Assembly (NCBI GenBank): GCA_009782385.1
Contig: WRJE01000002.1
Location: 2,663-66,662, forward strand
Direction of reading: 5' to 3'
Length of the DNA: 64,000 bases
Origin: Oscillospiraceae bacterium
GTDB taxonomy: Bacteria; Bacillota; Clostridia; Oscillospirales; UBA929
A program made the position numbers and the translations under genes. Within the stretch, counting starts at the first letter, position 1. Each line of letters begins with the position of its first letter. Below the pieces are notes generated by a model that did no database searches, was not told where the DNA came from, and saw only the letters and a program-made list of their open reading frames with translations. Of this stretch, positions 7,918 through 17,360 are shown in pieces.

Positions 7918-8289
7918 TTGAAATCCTTGGAAGAACTTAAAGCTATCCGCGAAAAGACGCGCGGTCAGATGCACCTTAGAAAAGAGGACGGTCCAGACAA
8001 CACGCGGATAGTCGTGGGTATGGCGACTTGCGGCATTGCCGCCGGAGCGCGTCCCGTTTTGGCGGCGGCTGTCGAGCAGGTATCACGCCGCAGTCTTGAA
8101 CACGTAGCTGTCACGCAGACCGGATGTATCGGCGTTTGCCGCCTTGAACCTATTGTCGAGGTTTATGTTCCGGGGAGCGAAAAGGTGACATACGTGGATA
8201 TGAACCCGGAGAAAATGGAGAAAGTTATCGCGGAGCATATAGTCAATGGGCGTATTGTTACGGAATATACTATAGGCGCGAACGAATAG
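7918..8289 (+). CDS. Thioredoxin-like [2Fe-2S] ferredoxin domain protein
   Basis: It has a TTG start 8 nt after AAGGGAGGA. The cluster motifs are MATCGIAAG and GCIGVCRLEP. Confidence 0.7.
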   Translation: MKSLEELKAIREKTRGQMHLRKEDGPDNTRIVVGMATCGIAAGARPVLAAAVEQVSRRSLEHVAVTQTGCIGVCRLEPIVEVYVPGSEKVTYVDMNPEKMEKVIAEHIVNGRIVTEYTIGANE

Positions 8290-8302
8290 GAGGTTCAAAT
8301 AT

Positions 8303-10093
8303 ATGGAGTTTGTCAGAAGTCACATTTTGGTGTGCGCGGGTACAGGCTGCACGGCATCGAAATCTCACGAGGTTTTTGATGAGCTGGTTAAGCAGCTTGA
8401 ATCAAACGGTCTTGATAAGGAAGTCAAGGTCATAAAAACCGGGTGCTTCGGGCTGTGTGAACTGGGTCCCGTTGTAGTCGTATATCCCGAGGGTTCATTC
8501 TATTCGCGTGTTACTCCCGACAACGTAAAAAGGATTGTCGAGGAGCATATCTTAAAAGGGCGTATCGTCAGGGATTTACTTTACCATGAGACGGTTAAGA
8601 AAGATAATATCAGTTCGATAAACGAGACGGGCTTTTATAAAAAACAGCTCCGTATCGCGCTTCGCAACTGCGGTATTATTAACCCCGAGAACATTGACGA
8701 GTATATCGCGTATGACGGCTACGCCGCTCTAGCGCGGGCACTCACCGAGCAGAAGCCGGAAGAGATAATCGAAATAGTCCAGAAATCCGGGCTGCGCGGG
8801 CGCGGAGGCGCGGGCTTCCCCACCGGAAGAAAGTGGGAGTTTGCCGCAAAGGCGCAGGGCGAGGAAAAATATGTCGCGTGTAACGCGGACGAGGGTGACC
8901 CCGGCGCGTTTATGGATCGCTCGATTTTGGAGGGCGACCCGCACAGTGTACTCGAGGCGATGGCAATAGCGGGCTATTGCATCGGAGCTGAAAACGGCGT
9001 TATTTATATACGCGCGGAGTATCCCATTGCCGTTCACAGACTTGAAGTTGCCATCGGACAGGCTAAAGAATACGGATTCCTTGGAAAAGGCATTTTCGGT
9101 ACGGACTTTAATTTTGACATCGAGATACGGCTCGGCGCGGGCGCGTTTGTCTGCGGCGAAGAGACCGCCCTCATCTCATCGGTCGAGGGCAGGCGCGGCG
9201 AACCGCGTCCGCGTCCGCCGTTCCCCGCCGTAAAAGGCATATTCGGTATGCCTACATTGCTTAACAATGTCGAAACTTACGCCAACATCCCTTGGATTCT
9301 CCAAAACGGCTGGGAGGCTATGGCGAAAATCGGCACGGAGGGCGCGAAAGGTACTAAGGTCTTCGCGTTGGGCGGCAAGATTACCAACACGGGGCTTGTC
9401 GAAGTGCCGATGGGTACTACCATACGCGACATAGTCGAAGTAATCGGCGGCGGTATTCCCGGAGGGAAGAAGTTTAAGGCGGCACAGACAGGCGGTCCGT
9501 CGGGCGGCTGCATACCCGCTTCGCACATCGACACTCCGATTGATTATGAAACGCTTACTTCCATAGGCTCGATGATGGGTTCGGGCGGACTTATCATCAT
9601 GGACGAAGACAACTGCATGGTTGACATTGCCAAATACTTCCTTGATTTTACCGTTGAGGAATCGTGCGGCAAGTGCGTACCGTGCCGTATCGGTACGCGC
9701 CGTATGTATCAGCTGCTCGAAAAGATAACCGAGGGCAACGGCACGATGGAAGACTTAGACACGCTTGAGGAGCTCTGCGAACATATCAAGCAGAACAGTC
9801 TCTGCGCGTTGGGCGGCAGCGCGCCCAACCCCGTGCTGTCCACGATAAAGCATTTCCGTGAGGAATACGTTGCTCACGTCAGGGACAAAAAATGCCCTTC
9901 GGGCATATGCAAAAATCTGCTGACATATAAGATTCTCGATAACTGCAAAGGCTGTACGGCTTGTACCAGAGTTTGCCCGGTAAACGCTATCACGGGCAAG
10001 GTCAAGGAAGTACACGTCATCGACCCCGCGAAGTGCATTAAATGTAACGCTTGCGTGGAAAAATGCAAGTTCAACTCGATTATAAAGGAATAG
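8303..10093 (+). CDS. hydB: NuoF-like flavin/NAD(H)-binding subunit of bifurcating hydrogenase (HydB)
   Basis: FMN/NADH motifs are GLRGRGGAGFPTG and NADEGDPGAF. An ESCGKCVPCR 4Fe-4S motif and two C-terminal ferredoxin CxxCxxCxxxC motifs are present. Confidence 0.9.
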   Translation: MEFVRSHILVCAGTGCTASKSHEVFDELVKQLESNGLDKEVKVIKTGCFGLCELGPVVVVYPEGSFYSRVTPDNVKRIVEEHILKGRIVRDLLYHETVKKDNISSINETGFYKKQLRIALRNCGIINPENIDEYIAYDGYAALARALTEQKPEEIIEIVQKSGLRGRGGAGFPTGRKWEFAAKAQGEEKYVACNADEGDPGAFMDRSILEGDPHSVLEAMAIAGYCIGAENGVIYIRAEYPIAVHRLEVAIGQAKEYGFLGKGIFGTDFNFDIEIRLGAGAFVCGEETALISSVEGRRGEPRPRPPFPAVKGIFGMPTLLNNVETYANIPWILQNGWEAMAKIGTEGAKGTKVFALGGKITNTGLVEVPMGTTIRDIVEVIGGGIPGGKKFKAAQTGGPSGGCIPASHIDTPIDYETLTSIGSMMGSGGLIIMDEDNCMVDIAKYFLDFTVEESCGKCVPCRIGTRRMYQLLEKITEGNGTMEDLDTLEELCEHIKQNSLCALGGSAPNPVLSTIKHFREEYVAHVRDKKCPSGICKNLLTYKILDNCKGCTACTRVCPVNAITGKVKEVHVIDPAKCIKCNACVEKCKFNSIIKE

Positions 10094-10099
10094 GAGGGA

Positions 10100-11848
10100 A
10101 TGGCTTTGGATACAGTTAAACTTAAAATTAACGGCAGAGAGGTGGACGCGCCGAAAGGCTCGACTATCCTTGAGGCGGCTCGTCTTGCGGGTATTCAGAT
10201 ACCCACGCTTTGCTATATGAGAAACCTTAACGAAATAGGCGCGTGCCGTATTTGCGTCGTCGAGATTAAAGGCGCAAGAAACAATGTCGCCGCTTGCGCC
10301 TATCCGGTCAGCGAGGGCATGGAGGTGTTTACGAACACCGATAACATCGTTAAATCGCGCAAGGCTACTCTTGAGCTTATACTCTCCAACCACCGCATGG
10401 ACTGCCTGACTTGCCTTCGCAACACGAACTGCGAGCTTCAGAAGTTGGCGGCGGATTTCGGGATTCAGCACGTTCGCTACAGCACGGACAAGACCGACCC
10501 GGAGATTGAAGCGTCTGAAATGCACCTTGTACGCGATAACTCGAAGTGCATTCTCTGCCGCCGCTGTGTGGCGGTTTGCAAGAAGAATCAAGTAGTCGCC
10601 GTCATCGGTCCGAACGACAGGGGCTACGAGACACACATCTCCTGCGCGTTTGACCGCAATCTGGCGGAAGTGCCGTGCGTGTCAGACGGACAGTGCATGG
10701 TTGCCTGCCCCACGGGCGCGTTAACGGAAAAAGACGACACGGAAAAAGTCTGGAAAGCTCTCGGAGACCCGTCAAAACACGTTGTTGTCGGTGTCGCGCC
10801 GTCAATCCGCGTGACTTTGGGCGAATGCTTCGGCAACCCCATCGGCACGAACGTTGAGGGTAAGATGGTAGCCGCCCTTTACAGGCTCGGTTTCGACAAT
10901 GTATTTGACATTAACCACACCGCCGACCTTACAATCATGGAGGAGGGACCGGAGTTCCTTAAACGCCTTGAAAAAGGCGAGAGACTGCCGATGATTACCT
11001 CCTGCTCTCCGGCGTGGATTCGGTTCTGCGAAAAATTCTATCCCGACTTCATCCCCAATCTGTCCACCTGCAAGTCGCCGCAGCAGATGTTCGGGGCTGT
11101 CACCAAGACGATGTACGCCAAAGACAAGGGCATCGACCCCAAAGACATCGTGACCGTTTCCATAATGCCATGCACCGCCAAGAAATTCGAGATTCACAGG
11201 GAGAACCAACAGGCGGTTGACGGTCTTGACGATGTGGATGTCGCGCTGACAACAAGAGAGCTTGCGCGTATGATTTCACGCGCCGGAATTATGTTCAACG
11301 AGTTGCCGGAGGAGAGCTTTAACGAGACCGCCAGCACTGCCGGGCTTATATTCGGCACGACCGGAGGGGTCATGGAGGCCGCGCTCAGAACGGTTTGCGA
11401 ACTTGCCACAGGGCAGTCGCCCAAGAGCCTTGACTTCCTTGAGGTACGCGGGATAGGCGGCATTAAAGAGGCGGAATATGACATTGGCGGCAAAACCGTC
11501 AGATGCGCGACTGCTTCCGGGCTTGCCAACGTGAAGAAACTGCTTGATATGATTAAGCGCGGTGAGAAGGAATATGATTTCATCGAAATGATGGCGTGTC
11601 CGGGCGGGTGCGTCAACGGCGGCGGACAGCCAATACAGCCCGCGTCTGTACGCAACAATGTTGACTTACGCAAAGAACGCGCCGAGGCAATCTATGTTGC
11701 CGACAAGCGGTCAAATATGCGTAAATCTCACGTAAACCCGTTTATCAAGCGGCTATATGACGAGTATTTTGACGCACCCGGCAGCGAAAAGGCGCACAAG
11801 GCGTTACACACAAGTTATAAAGCGCAACCGAGATATAAACTGGATTAA
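10100..11848 (+). CDS. hydA: [FeFe]-hydrogenase catalytic subunit (HydA)
   Basis: The N-terminus has 2Fe-2S and ferredoxin domains. H-cluster motifs are MPCTAKKFE (L2) and EMMACPGGCVNGGGQP (L3). The L1 motif reads TSCSPAW (see findings). Confidence 0.9.
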   Translation: MALDTVKLKINGREVDAPKGSTILEAARLAGIQIPTLCYMRNLNEIGACRICVVEIKGARNNVAACAYPVSEGMEVFTNTDNIVKSRKATLELILSNHRMDCLTCLRNTNCELQKLAADFGIQHVRYSTDKTDPEIEASEMHLVRDNSKCILCRRCVAVCKKNQVVAVIGPNDRGYETHISCAFDRNLAEVPCVSDGQCMVACPTGALTEKDDTEKVWKALGDPSKHVVVGVAPSIRVTLGECFGNPIGTNVEGKMVAALYRLGFDNVFDINHTADLTIMEEGPEFLKRLEKGERLPMITSCSPAWIRFCEKFYPDFIPNLSTCKSPQQMFGAVTKTMYAKDKGIDPKDIVTVSIMPCTAKKFEIHRENQQAVDGLDDVDVALTTRELARMISRAGIMFNELPEESFNETASTAGLIFGTTGGVMEAALRTVCELATGQSPKSLDFLEVRGIGGIKEAEYDIGGKTVRCATASGLANVKKLLDMIKRGEKEYDFIEMMACPGGCVNGGGQPIQPASVRNNVDLRKERAEAIYVADKRSNMRKSHVNPFIKRLYDEYFDAPGSEKAHKALHTSYKAQPRYKLD

Positions 11849-11867
11849 ATTTTGCGGACAGGAGATT

Positions 11868-11900
11868 GAAAAACCCCCGCCAATCGGCGAGGGTTTTTTG
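11868..11900 (+). terminator. Rho-independent terminator after hydA
   Basis: The sequence is AAAACCCCCGCCaatcGGCGAGGGTTTTTTG, a GC stem followed by a T-tract. Confidence 0.7.
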
Positions 11901-11927
11901 CGTGGGACGGGCGAACCGTCCCCTACA
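11901..11927. repeat. Half-copy of the GGGACGG...CCGTCCCCTAC element, copy 3
   Basis: The sequence CGTGGGACGGGCGAACCGTCCCCTAC overlaps the stop codon of the LPxTG gene. Confidence 0.55.
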
Positions 11928-13542
11928 ATTTCATCACACGTAATCTTGCGTATACGCCGAACAGTAACAGGCTTCCGGCAAACAATGCCAGTGTCAGTGA
12001 AATATATAGCATTTTGCCGCCTGTCTGCGGTAAATCTCCAAGCGGAACATCTTCGTTGAAGTCATCGAATATCCATTCTCCGTCGTCGTCATTCCAACTC
12101 CACTCGCCGAGCGGTACGTCAAAGTCGTCAAACTCGATGAAAGTCGTCTGCTCCGTAACCGGGTCGAACCGAGGTTCTAGCTTGTTCTGCGGTAAGGTCG
12201 GCACGGGGGGTGCGCTGCGGTTAGTGCCGCCGGGAATTTCGGGATTTGGCTGTCTCTGGGTAAAGTCGATGTCGGGGAAGTCTTCGTGAGTTAAATCTTC
12301 GGGAATTGTTATATTTGTGGGTGTCACTTCTTCCGGCGTTGTACCGGGGTCACCGGGAGGGTTGCCGTTATCTTCGCCGCCTTCGTCATCAACGCCCGGT
12401 GAGGTTGTCGGGTCTGTTGTTGGGTCTGACGAGGGAGATATAGAAGGTGACGCAGAGGGAGACGCGGACGGAGACGCTGTCGATTCGGGCGGGTATCCCG
12501 GCGGGGGTGTTGGCGGTGGCGGCGGTGGCGGCGGTGGTGGCGGTGGTGAATCCGGTGGTTGAGTTGTGTTGTTAACGGTTATATAATAAGTCACGTTAGC
12601 TGCGAATGTTACCACGTCACCGTCTTCGTGCGGAGTAATTCCGTCATAAACTCCGCCGTCAATGTATATCGCGCCAAAATCGTACCCATCGGGCATATCT
12701 TTTTCTGATACTTCGTATGTACCGGGTTCAACAGACCATGTATCAATCCAGTCATCGAAATGGTCAGTGTGTTGGTCAAGATGCGCTTGTATATGATAAT
12801 TTTGACCATCTACGGCATCCAAGTCAACTTCAAACGTAACGTTGAGATTACCGGGAGCATTACCGTTTACGGTCTTTTCTATTATGACGGTTGCGAAATC
12901 ATCGTCATCGGGAATAACGTGCATAGGGTTCGGGGGGGGAGGTACTATACTGGTACTCGAGGCTTTCTTATTTTTGCCGGGGTTTTCGGGGTCAGGCACA
13001 TCTGTTTCTACAATGATATCCAACTTTTCTAATTCATCTTCAATTTCCGGCGGGTATGTATCTTTCCCATCCCATGTTTTTTTAAGGTCTTCCCATATAT
13101 CCGGCGGCAAATCATGTACAGTAAACTGTATATTTTTAATTTGTCCGCCGTTATTGCTGAAGCTGTACCATTTATCACTGCCGCATTTCGGGCATACATA
13201 TGTGTTCCAATTATTGTCAACCACATATACGTCAACTCCGGAACCGGATGACGGAGTGGTCGTGCCTAAGAACAGAATATGTACATTTTTCTCGTTGAGA
13301 ACCTTCTGCCCGCCGACAATACCGCCGCCGCAGTGAAAGCCTGCTTTGTCCACGTTGTATTCCCATAATTCACATCCGGAACTATAGTTTTTTGTGCTAT
13401 AACAATCCGGTGTATGATTTCCGCAGAATTTGCTTGTCAGTTGATCGTCATTGAAAGGTCCGATGTGCGCCGCTGTCGGTGTCGGAATAAATAACATTAT
13501 TAGGAACATCATCATTATAGTCAAGGATAGTTTGCGTTTCAT
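11923..13542 (-). CDS. LPxTG-anchored cell-surface protein with a Cys-rich N-terminal domain, a prealbumin/Cna-B-like domain and a Pro/Ser-rich stalk
   Basis: The start was moved to MKRKLSL (GAGGGGG ribosome-binding site), which begins a signal peptide. The C-terminus has LPQTGG, a hydrophobic span and RLRVMKL. A 13-residue poly-Pro run and SPSASPSASPSISPSS are present. Confidence 0.8.
   Translation of the reverse strand: MKRKLSLTIMMMFLIMLFIPTPTAAHIGPFNDDQLTSKFCGNHTPDCYSTKNYSSGCELWEYNVDKAGFHCGGGIVGGQKVLNEKNVHILFLGTTTPSSGSGVDVYVVDNNWNTYVCPKCGSDKWYSFSNNGGQIKNIQFTVHDLPPDIWEDLKKTWDGKDTYPPEIEDELEKLDIIVETDVPDPENPGKNKKASSTSIVPPPPNPMHVIPDDDDFATVIIEKTVNGNAPGNLNVTFEVDLDAVDGQNYHIQAHLDQHTDHFDDWIDTWSVEPGTYEVSEKDMPDGYDFGAIYIDGGVYDGITPHEDGDVVTFAANVTYYITVNNTTQPPDSPPPPPPPPPPPPTPPPGYPPESTASPSASPSASPSISPSSDPTTDPTTSPGVDDEGGEDNGNPPGDPGTTPEEVTPTNITIPEDLTHEDFPDIDFTQRQPNPEIPGGTNRSAPPVPTLPQNKLEPRFDPVTEQTTFIEFDDFDVPLGEWSWNDDDGEWIFDDFNEDVPLGDLPQTGGKMLYISLTLALFAGSLLLFGVYARLRVMKL
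12500..12560. repeat. GGY trinucleotide run (GGCGGTGGCGGCGGTGGCGGCGGTGGTGGCGGTGGT) encoding poly-Pro on the minus strand
   Basis: Read directly. It lies in frame inside the LPxTG gene. Confidence 0.8.
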
Positions 13543-13723
13543 AATAATAACCCCCTCAAAATAAAGTTTTCCCATGTTTATCTTCCTTTTGCATTATATA
13601 ACATTTTCTGGAAAAAAGCAAGAAAAACTTTAACAAACCGACATATTTTTCCGATATGCACATATATTGATTATATTCGGCGCGACTATACCACCACTAG
13701 TTTTTTATTATGCACCCCCGTTC

Positions 13724-13823
13724 GTAGGGGCGGCCGTCCCGTCCGCCCGCGTTAAAAATAACGCCCCGTTTTTTATCAACGGAACGCGCGTTTTTATTAA
13801 AGGGGCGGGCGAGCCGTCCCCTA
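13724..13823. repeat. GTAGGGG...CCCCTAC palindromic element, copy 4
   Basis: GTAGGGGCGGCCGTCCCGTCCGCCCGCGTTAAAAATA is followed by an AT core and then GGGGCGGGCGAGCCGTCCCCTAC. The left arm matches 4704-4740 with one or two mismatches. Confidence 0.75.
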
Positions 13824-13834
13824 CAAAAATCCCC

Positions 13835-14701
13835 TTAAAACAGGGACATTTGAGGTTCTTTCGGCTCAATCCTATATATATCCGCATATACATCCTTGGA
13901 TTTATAAAAAATACCGTTTTTTCGGCACACATCCCGATAAATATCCCATAATCGGTCATTGTTCGGGCTTTTGCACTCGTAACTGTTGCCGAATGTTTGA
14001 ATGTACCGCTGTTTCATGCCGGGAAAATGCTCATCCAGTTTGCGGTAGAAATACTCTCGGTCACCCTCCCGCATTGTTGTGCCGAAGCTGAAGTTTATAA
14101 TCCCGCGCACCTTGGCGCGTATGCAGTAATCCAACAATCCCCGAAGATTTTCCTCCGTATCATTTATAAAAGGCAGTATAGGAGAAAACCACACAACCGT
14201 GGGAATCTCCGCGTCACGCATTGCTTCCAACACGGCAAACCGTTCCGCCGTAGTTGATACATCCGGCTCAACGATACGGCACAAATCTTCATCGTATGTG
14301 GTAAGAGTAATTTGAACTACGCACTTATAGTTGCCGTGTATCTTTTTAAGCAAGCCCGTGTCCCGCAGGATACGGGCGGATTTCGTTTGTATTGCCAGCC
14401 CGAATCCGTACTGTTCGATTACTTGAAGGCATTGCCGGGTAATTTGAAGTTCTTCCTCAAGGTGGATATACGGGTCGCTCATAGCTCCGGTACTGATTAT
14501 ACAGGGCTTGCGTTTGCGGCGAAGCTGCAATTCAAGAATTTTTGCGGCATCTCGCTTAATTTCTATGTCTTCAAAGGCGTGTTTCATCTGATAACACACG
14601 CTGCGGCTGTCACAGTAAATACAGCCGTGGGTGCAGCCACGGTAGAGATTCATGCCGTTTTGTGGTGAGAGTATAGTTTTATAATCGGCATAATGGTGCA
14701 T
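13835..14701 (-). CDS. Radical SAM protein (SplB/COG1533-like)
   Basis: It has the CTHGCIYCDS CxxxCxxC motif. The start was moved to MHHYADY (ATG at 14701), directly after the GNAT stop. Confidence 0.75.
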   Translation of the reverse strand: MHHYADYKTILSPQNGMNLYRGCTHGCIYCDSRSVCYQMKHAFEDIEIKRDAAKILELQLRRKRKPCIISTGAMSDPYIHLEEELQITRQCLQVIEQYGFGLAIQTKSARILRDTGLLKKIHGNYKCVVQITLTTYDEDLCRIVEPDVSTTAERFAVLEAMRDAEIPTVVWFSPILPFINDTEENLRGLLDYCIRAKVRGIINFSFGTTMREGDREYFYRKLDEHFPGMKQRYIQTFGNSYECKSPNNDRLWDIYRDVCRKNGIFYKSKDVYADIYRIEPKEPQMSLF

Positions 14702-14702
14702 T

Positions 14703-15164
14703 TCAAGCACCCTCTTTTTTCTTTTCCATATGTATAAACGACAAATTAGGCGATATTTTTTCCTCTTCACCGTAAACCGAATAACCCAGTTTAGAATACA
14801 GTGCAATATTTTTGTCGTCTAAATGCCCTGTAAAAAGCCGGAATACCGTAGTGTTAAACTCTTGCTCAATAGCGGTCATGAGCTTTCGCCCTATTCCCAG
14901 ATTTTGATAATCGGGGTGTACAAACAGGCGTTCAATTACCGCACAGCCGTCTTCTTCGCGACCTCTGACAGAACCGATGATAATGCCGCCGTCAACGGCC
15001 TTTAGAATGATATGGCTCTTTGCCTGTTCAATAATATTGTCTAAAGTCTCCGCCAGCGGCGGGATATTGTTGTCATCATAACGCGCCGCGTTTTCCTGAT
15101 ACGCCAACTTTTGCAGGGTCAATATCTCGTCTAAGTCGTTTATGTTCGCGTGTTGTATTGTCAT
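14703..15164 (-). CDS. GNAT family N-acetyltransferase
   Basis: It has the acetyl-CoA motif HPDYQNLGIGRKLM. The start was chosen at MTIQHANI because AAAGGA lies 8 nt upstream. The longer ORF starts at 15182. Confidence 0.75.
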   Translation of the reverse strand: MTIQHANINDLDEILTLQKLAYQENAARYDDNNIPPLAETLDNIIEQAKSHIILKAVDGGIIIGSVRGREEDGCAVIERLFVHPDYQNLGIGRKLMTAIEQEFNTTVFRLFTGHLDDKNIALYSKLGYSVYGEEEKISPNLSFIHMEKKKEGA

Positions 15165-15248
15165 AAATGCCAATCCTTTCAATTATTTGTCTGCCTTTGT
15201 CACCCGTTGCCTTTATATGAATTGGTTACATATAAAGGAGGAACAATA

Positions 15249-15956
15249 ATGAAAATAGTAATATCAAGCGGACACGGCAAACACGTTGCCGGAGCGTCCG
15301 GGTACATAGACGAAGTGACGGAAGCCCGCCGTGTCGTTCCCAAGGCTGCGGAGTATATGCGGCAAATGGGCGCGGTCGTGACAGAATACAACGAGGATAC
15401 CGCGAAAAACAAAACGGACAACCTAAACACGATAATCAAATTCCACAACTCATGCAGCCGTGATTTCGATGTTTCCATACACTTCAACGCGGTTGAGGGT
15501 TTGCGCGATGCCGGAATAGGCGTTGAAACACTGTACTTTGACGGTAACACACAGACAAAAGCAATAGCCTCACGGGTCAGTAAAGCTATATCTAAAGCCG
15601 GAGGACTGATTCTGCGGCGCGGTGACGGTACGCTTGCTTCAACTTTGGGATTCATGCGGCTTACAAACAAGCCCGCGATACTTGTTGAGGTGTGTTTTGT
15701 CAACTCAAAGGCAGACGTTGACCTCTACAAAAAGAACTTTGACGCAATATGCCGCGCAATCGCGTCCGCCGTCATAGGGAGTGACGGCGCACAAGCGTCC
15801 GGCAAAACACCCGAAGAAATTACCGTTGATAACGCCGTTGCGGACGGTATTGTATCAGACAGAGACTACTGGCTCGGCGTACTGAGAGGCACGATACAGC
15901 CCAAGCCGGAATATGTTAAGATTGTACTTGACAGATACCGCGAAAAATCGCGGTGA
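15249..15956 (+). CDS. N-acetylmuramoyl-L-alanine amidase (Amidase_3) with a C-terminal putative wall-binding domain
   Basis: The start is MKIVISSGHGKHV after AAAGGAGGA. Motifs are SIHFNA and AILVEVCFV. Confidence 0.75.
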   Translation: MKIVISSGHGKHVAGASGYIDEVTEARRVVPKAAEYMRQMGAVVTEYNEDTAKNKTDNLNTIIKFHNSCSRDFDVSIHFNAVEGLRDAGIGVETLYFDGNTQTKAIASRVSKAISKAGGLILRRGDGTLASTLGFMRLTNKPAILVEVCFVNSKADVDLYKKNFDAICRAIASAVIGSDGAQASGKTPEEITVDNAVADGIVSDRDYWLGVLRGTIQPKPEYVKIVLDRYREKSR

Positions 15957-15959
15957 TTG

Positions 15960-17360
15960 CTATACACCTATGAACGATTTCATCAACTCATAGAGACTGT
16001 CCGACAACTCTTGGCTTTCCGTCTCGCCGATAAGCCGCAGAAGCGGCTCTGTTCCCGAAAAGCGGACACTCAGCCACCCGCCGTTTTCAAAGAGAACCTT
16101 GCATCCGTCTAAATAGGAAACATCCGAAACTTTCAGAGGAAACTCCGGCAAGCACTTTTCGCGCATAATCAGCCGGAGTATTTCCTCTTTTTTCTCGTTG
16201 CTGAACCGGAAATCCGCTTCGGTGACATACAGCTTCCCGGTCTGCGCGGTGATGTCCGCCCACACCTCCGACAGTCTGCGTCCCGTAACGGCAATCATCT
16301 CCACCAGCAGTGACGCGGCGTAAATGCCGTCCTTGCCCGCGATATGCCCCCTCACCGTCATGCCGCCGGAGCTTTCGCCGCCGATAATCGCGTCTGTCTC
16401 CGCCATCTTTGCCGAAATGTGCTTGAACCCGACAGGGACTTCATAGCACTTCTCTCCAAAGAGCGCGGCGACCCGATCTAGTAAATGCGTTGTGGTAAGG
16501 TTGCGAACGACCGCGCCTTTCCAGCCTTTGAACTTCAGAAGGTAGTAATAGAGCAGCACCAAAATATCATTCGGATGTAAGAATCTCCCCTTCTCGTCAA
16601 CGACCCCCAGACGGTCGGCATCACCGTCTGTCGCAATGCCGATGTCGCAGTGGTTGTCCTGCACATAATTTTGCAGCGCGCCTAATGTCTTGACGTTCGG
16701 CGCGGGCAGTCTGCCGCCGAAGAGGGTATCCCTCCGCTCATGGATGACATCAACGTTGCACCTAGTCGTAATCAAAATCGTTTGCAGGCTTGTGCGTCCG
16801 ACACCGTACATCGGGTCAAGGGCGATATTCAGTCCGGCGTTGCGTATCGCCTCTTGATTGACCGCTGAAAGGATACTGTCAACATACTCATTCTGCGGGT
16901 TAATTTCGGATATAAGACCGCTTGCCAACCCGTCCGCGTAAGGTATCGTTTTCGGCTTTTCAACCCGCTCAAGGCATTCTTCCAGTTCTTTTGTAAACAC
17001 TTCGTTAGCGTCTCGTCCCCCGGAAGTAAAAATCTTAACGCCGTTGTAGACGGCGGGGTTATGCGAAGCTGTGATTGCAATGCCGTAAGGAAAACCTGTC
17101 CGCTTGACCTCAAACATAATCAGTGGTGTTGGCGCGGCTCTCGTTATCAGGCGCACAGGCACGTCATACGCGGCAAAAACCTCAGCCGCCCACTCCGCCG
17201 CAACGTCCGAGAGAAAACGGCGGTCAAACCCGATGACAACGCCTTTTTTTTCTTCGTTTGAAAGTTTCTCCACCAGTGCGGCTGCCAACAGCTGCACATT
17301 TTCTCTTGTAAACTCGTCCGCAATGATGGCTCGCCATCCGCCCGTTCCAAATTTAATCAT
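15960..17360 (-). CDS. Phosphohexomutase (phosphoglucomutase/phosphomannomutase family)
   Basis: It has the active-site TASHNPAVYNG, the metal loop DGDADR and the sugar loop GGESSGG. Confidence 0.85.
   Translation of the reverse strand: MIKFGTGGWRAIIADEFTRENVQLLAAALVEKLSNEEKKGVVIGFDRRFLSDVAAEWAAEVFAAYDVPVRLITRAAPTPLIMFEVKRTGFPYGIAITASHNPAVYNGVKIFTSGGRDANEVFTKELEECLERVEKPKTIPYADGLASGLISEINPQNEYVDSILSAVNQEAIRNAGLNIALDPMYGVGRTSLQTILITTRCNVDVIHERRDTLFGGRLPAPNVKTLGALQNYVQDNHCDIGIATDGDADRLGVVDEKGRFLHPNDILVLLYYYLLKFKGWKGAVVRNLTTTHLLDRVAALFGEKCYEVPVGFKHISAKMAETDAIIGGESSGGMTVRGHIAGKDGIYAASLLVEMIAVTGRRLSEVWADITAQTGKLYVTEADFRFSNEKKEEILRLIMREKCLPEFPLKVSDVSYLDGCKVLFENGGWLSVRFSGTEPLLRLIGETESQELSDSLYELMKSFIGV

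Noticed and set aside
9755-10636. Long antisense ORFs. The main example is 293 aa at 9755-10636 (minus). Others are 20651-21466 (minus), 21587-22309 (minus), 5555-6181 (minus), 34877-35713 (plus), 1307-1849 (plus) and 52314-52997 (minus).
   Set aside because: Each lies entirely opposite a gene with strong, recognisable family motifs. They have Arg/Ser/Ala-rich low-complexity composition, no ribosome-binding site and no recognisable domain. This is typical of shadow ORFs in GC-rich coding DNA.
12500-12560. The (GGY)n run as a non-coding microsatellite or G-quadruplex element
   Set aside because: It is in frame and encodes the poly-Pro stalk of the LPxTG protein. It is retained only as a possible in-frame length-variation site.
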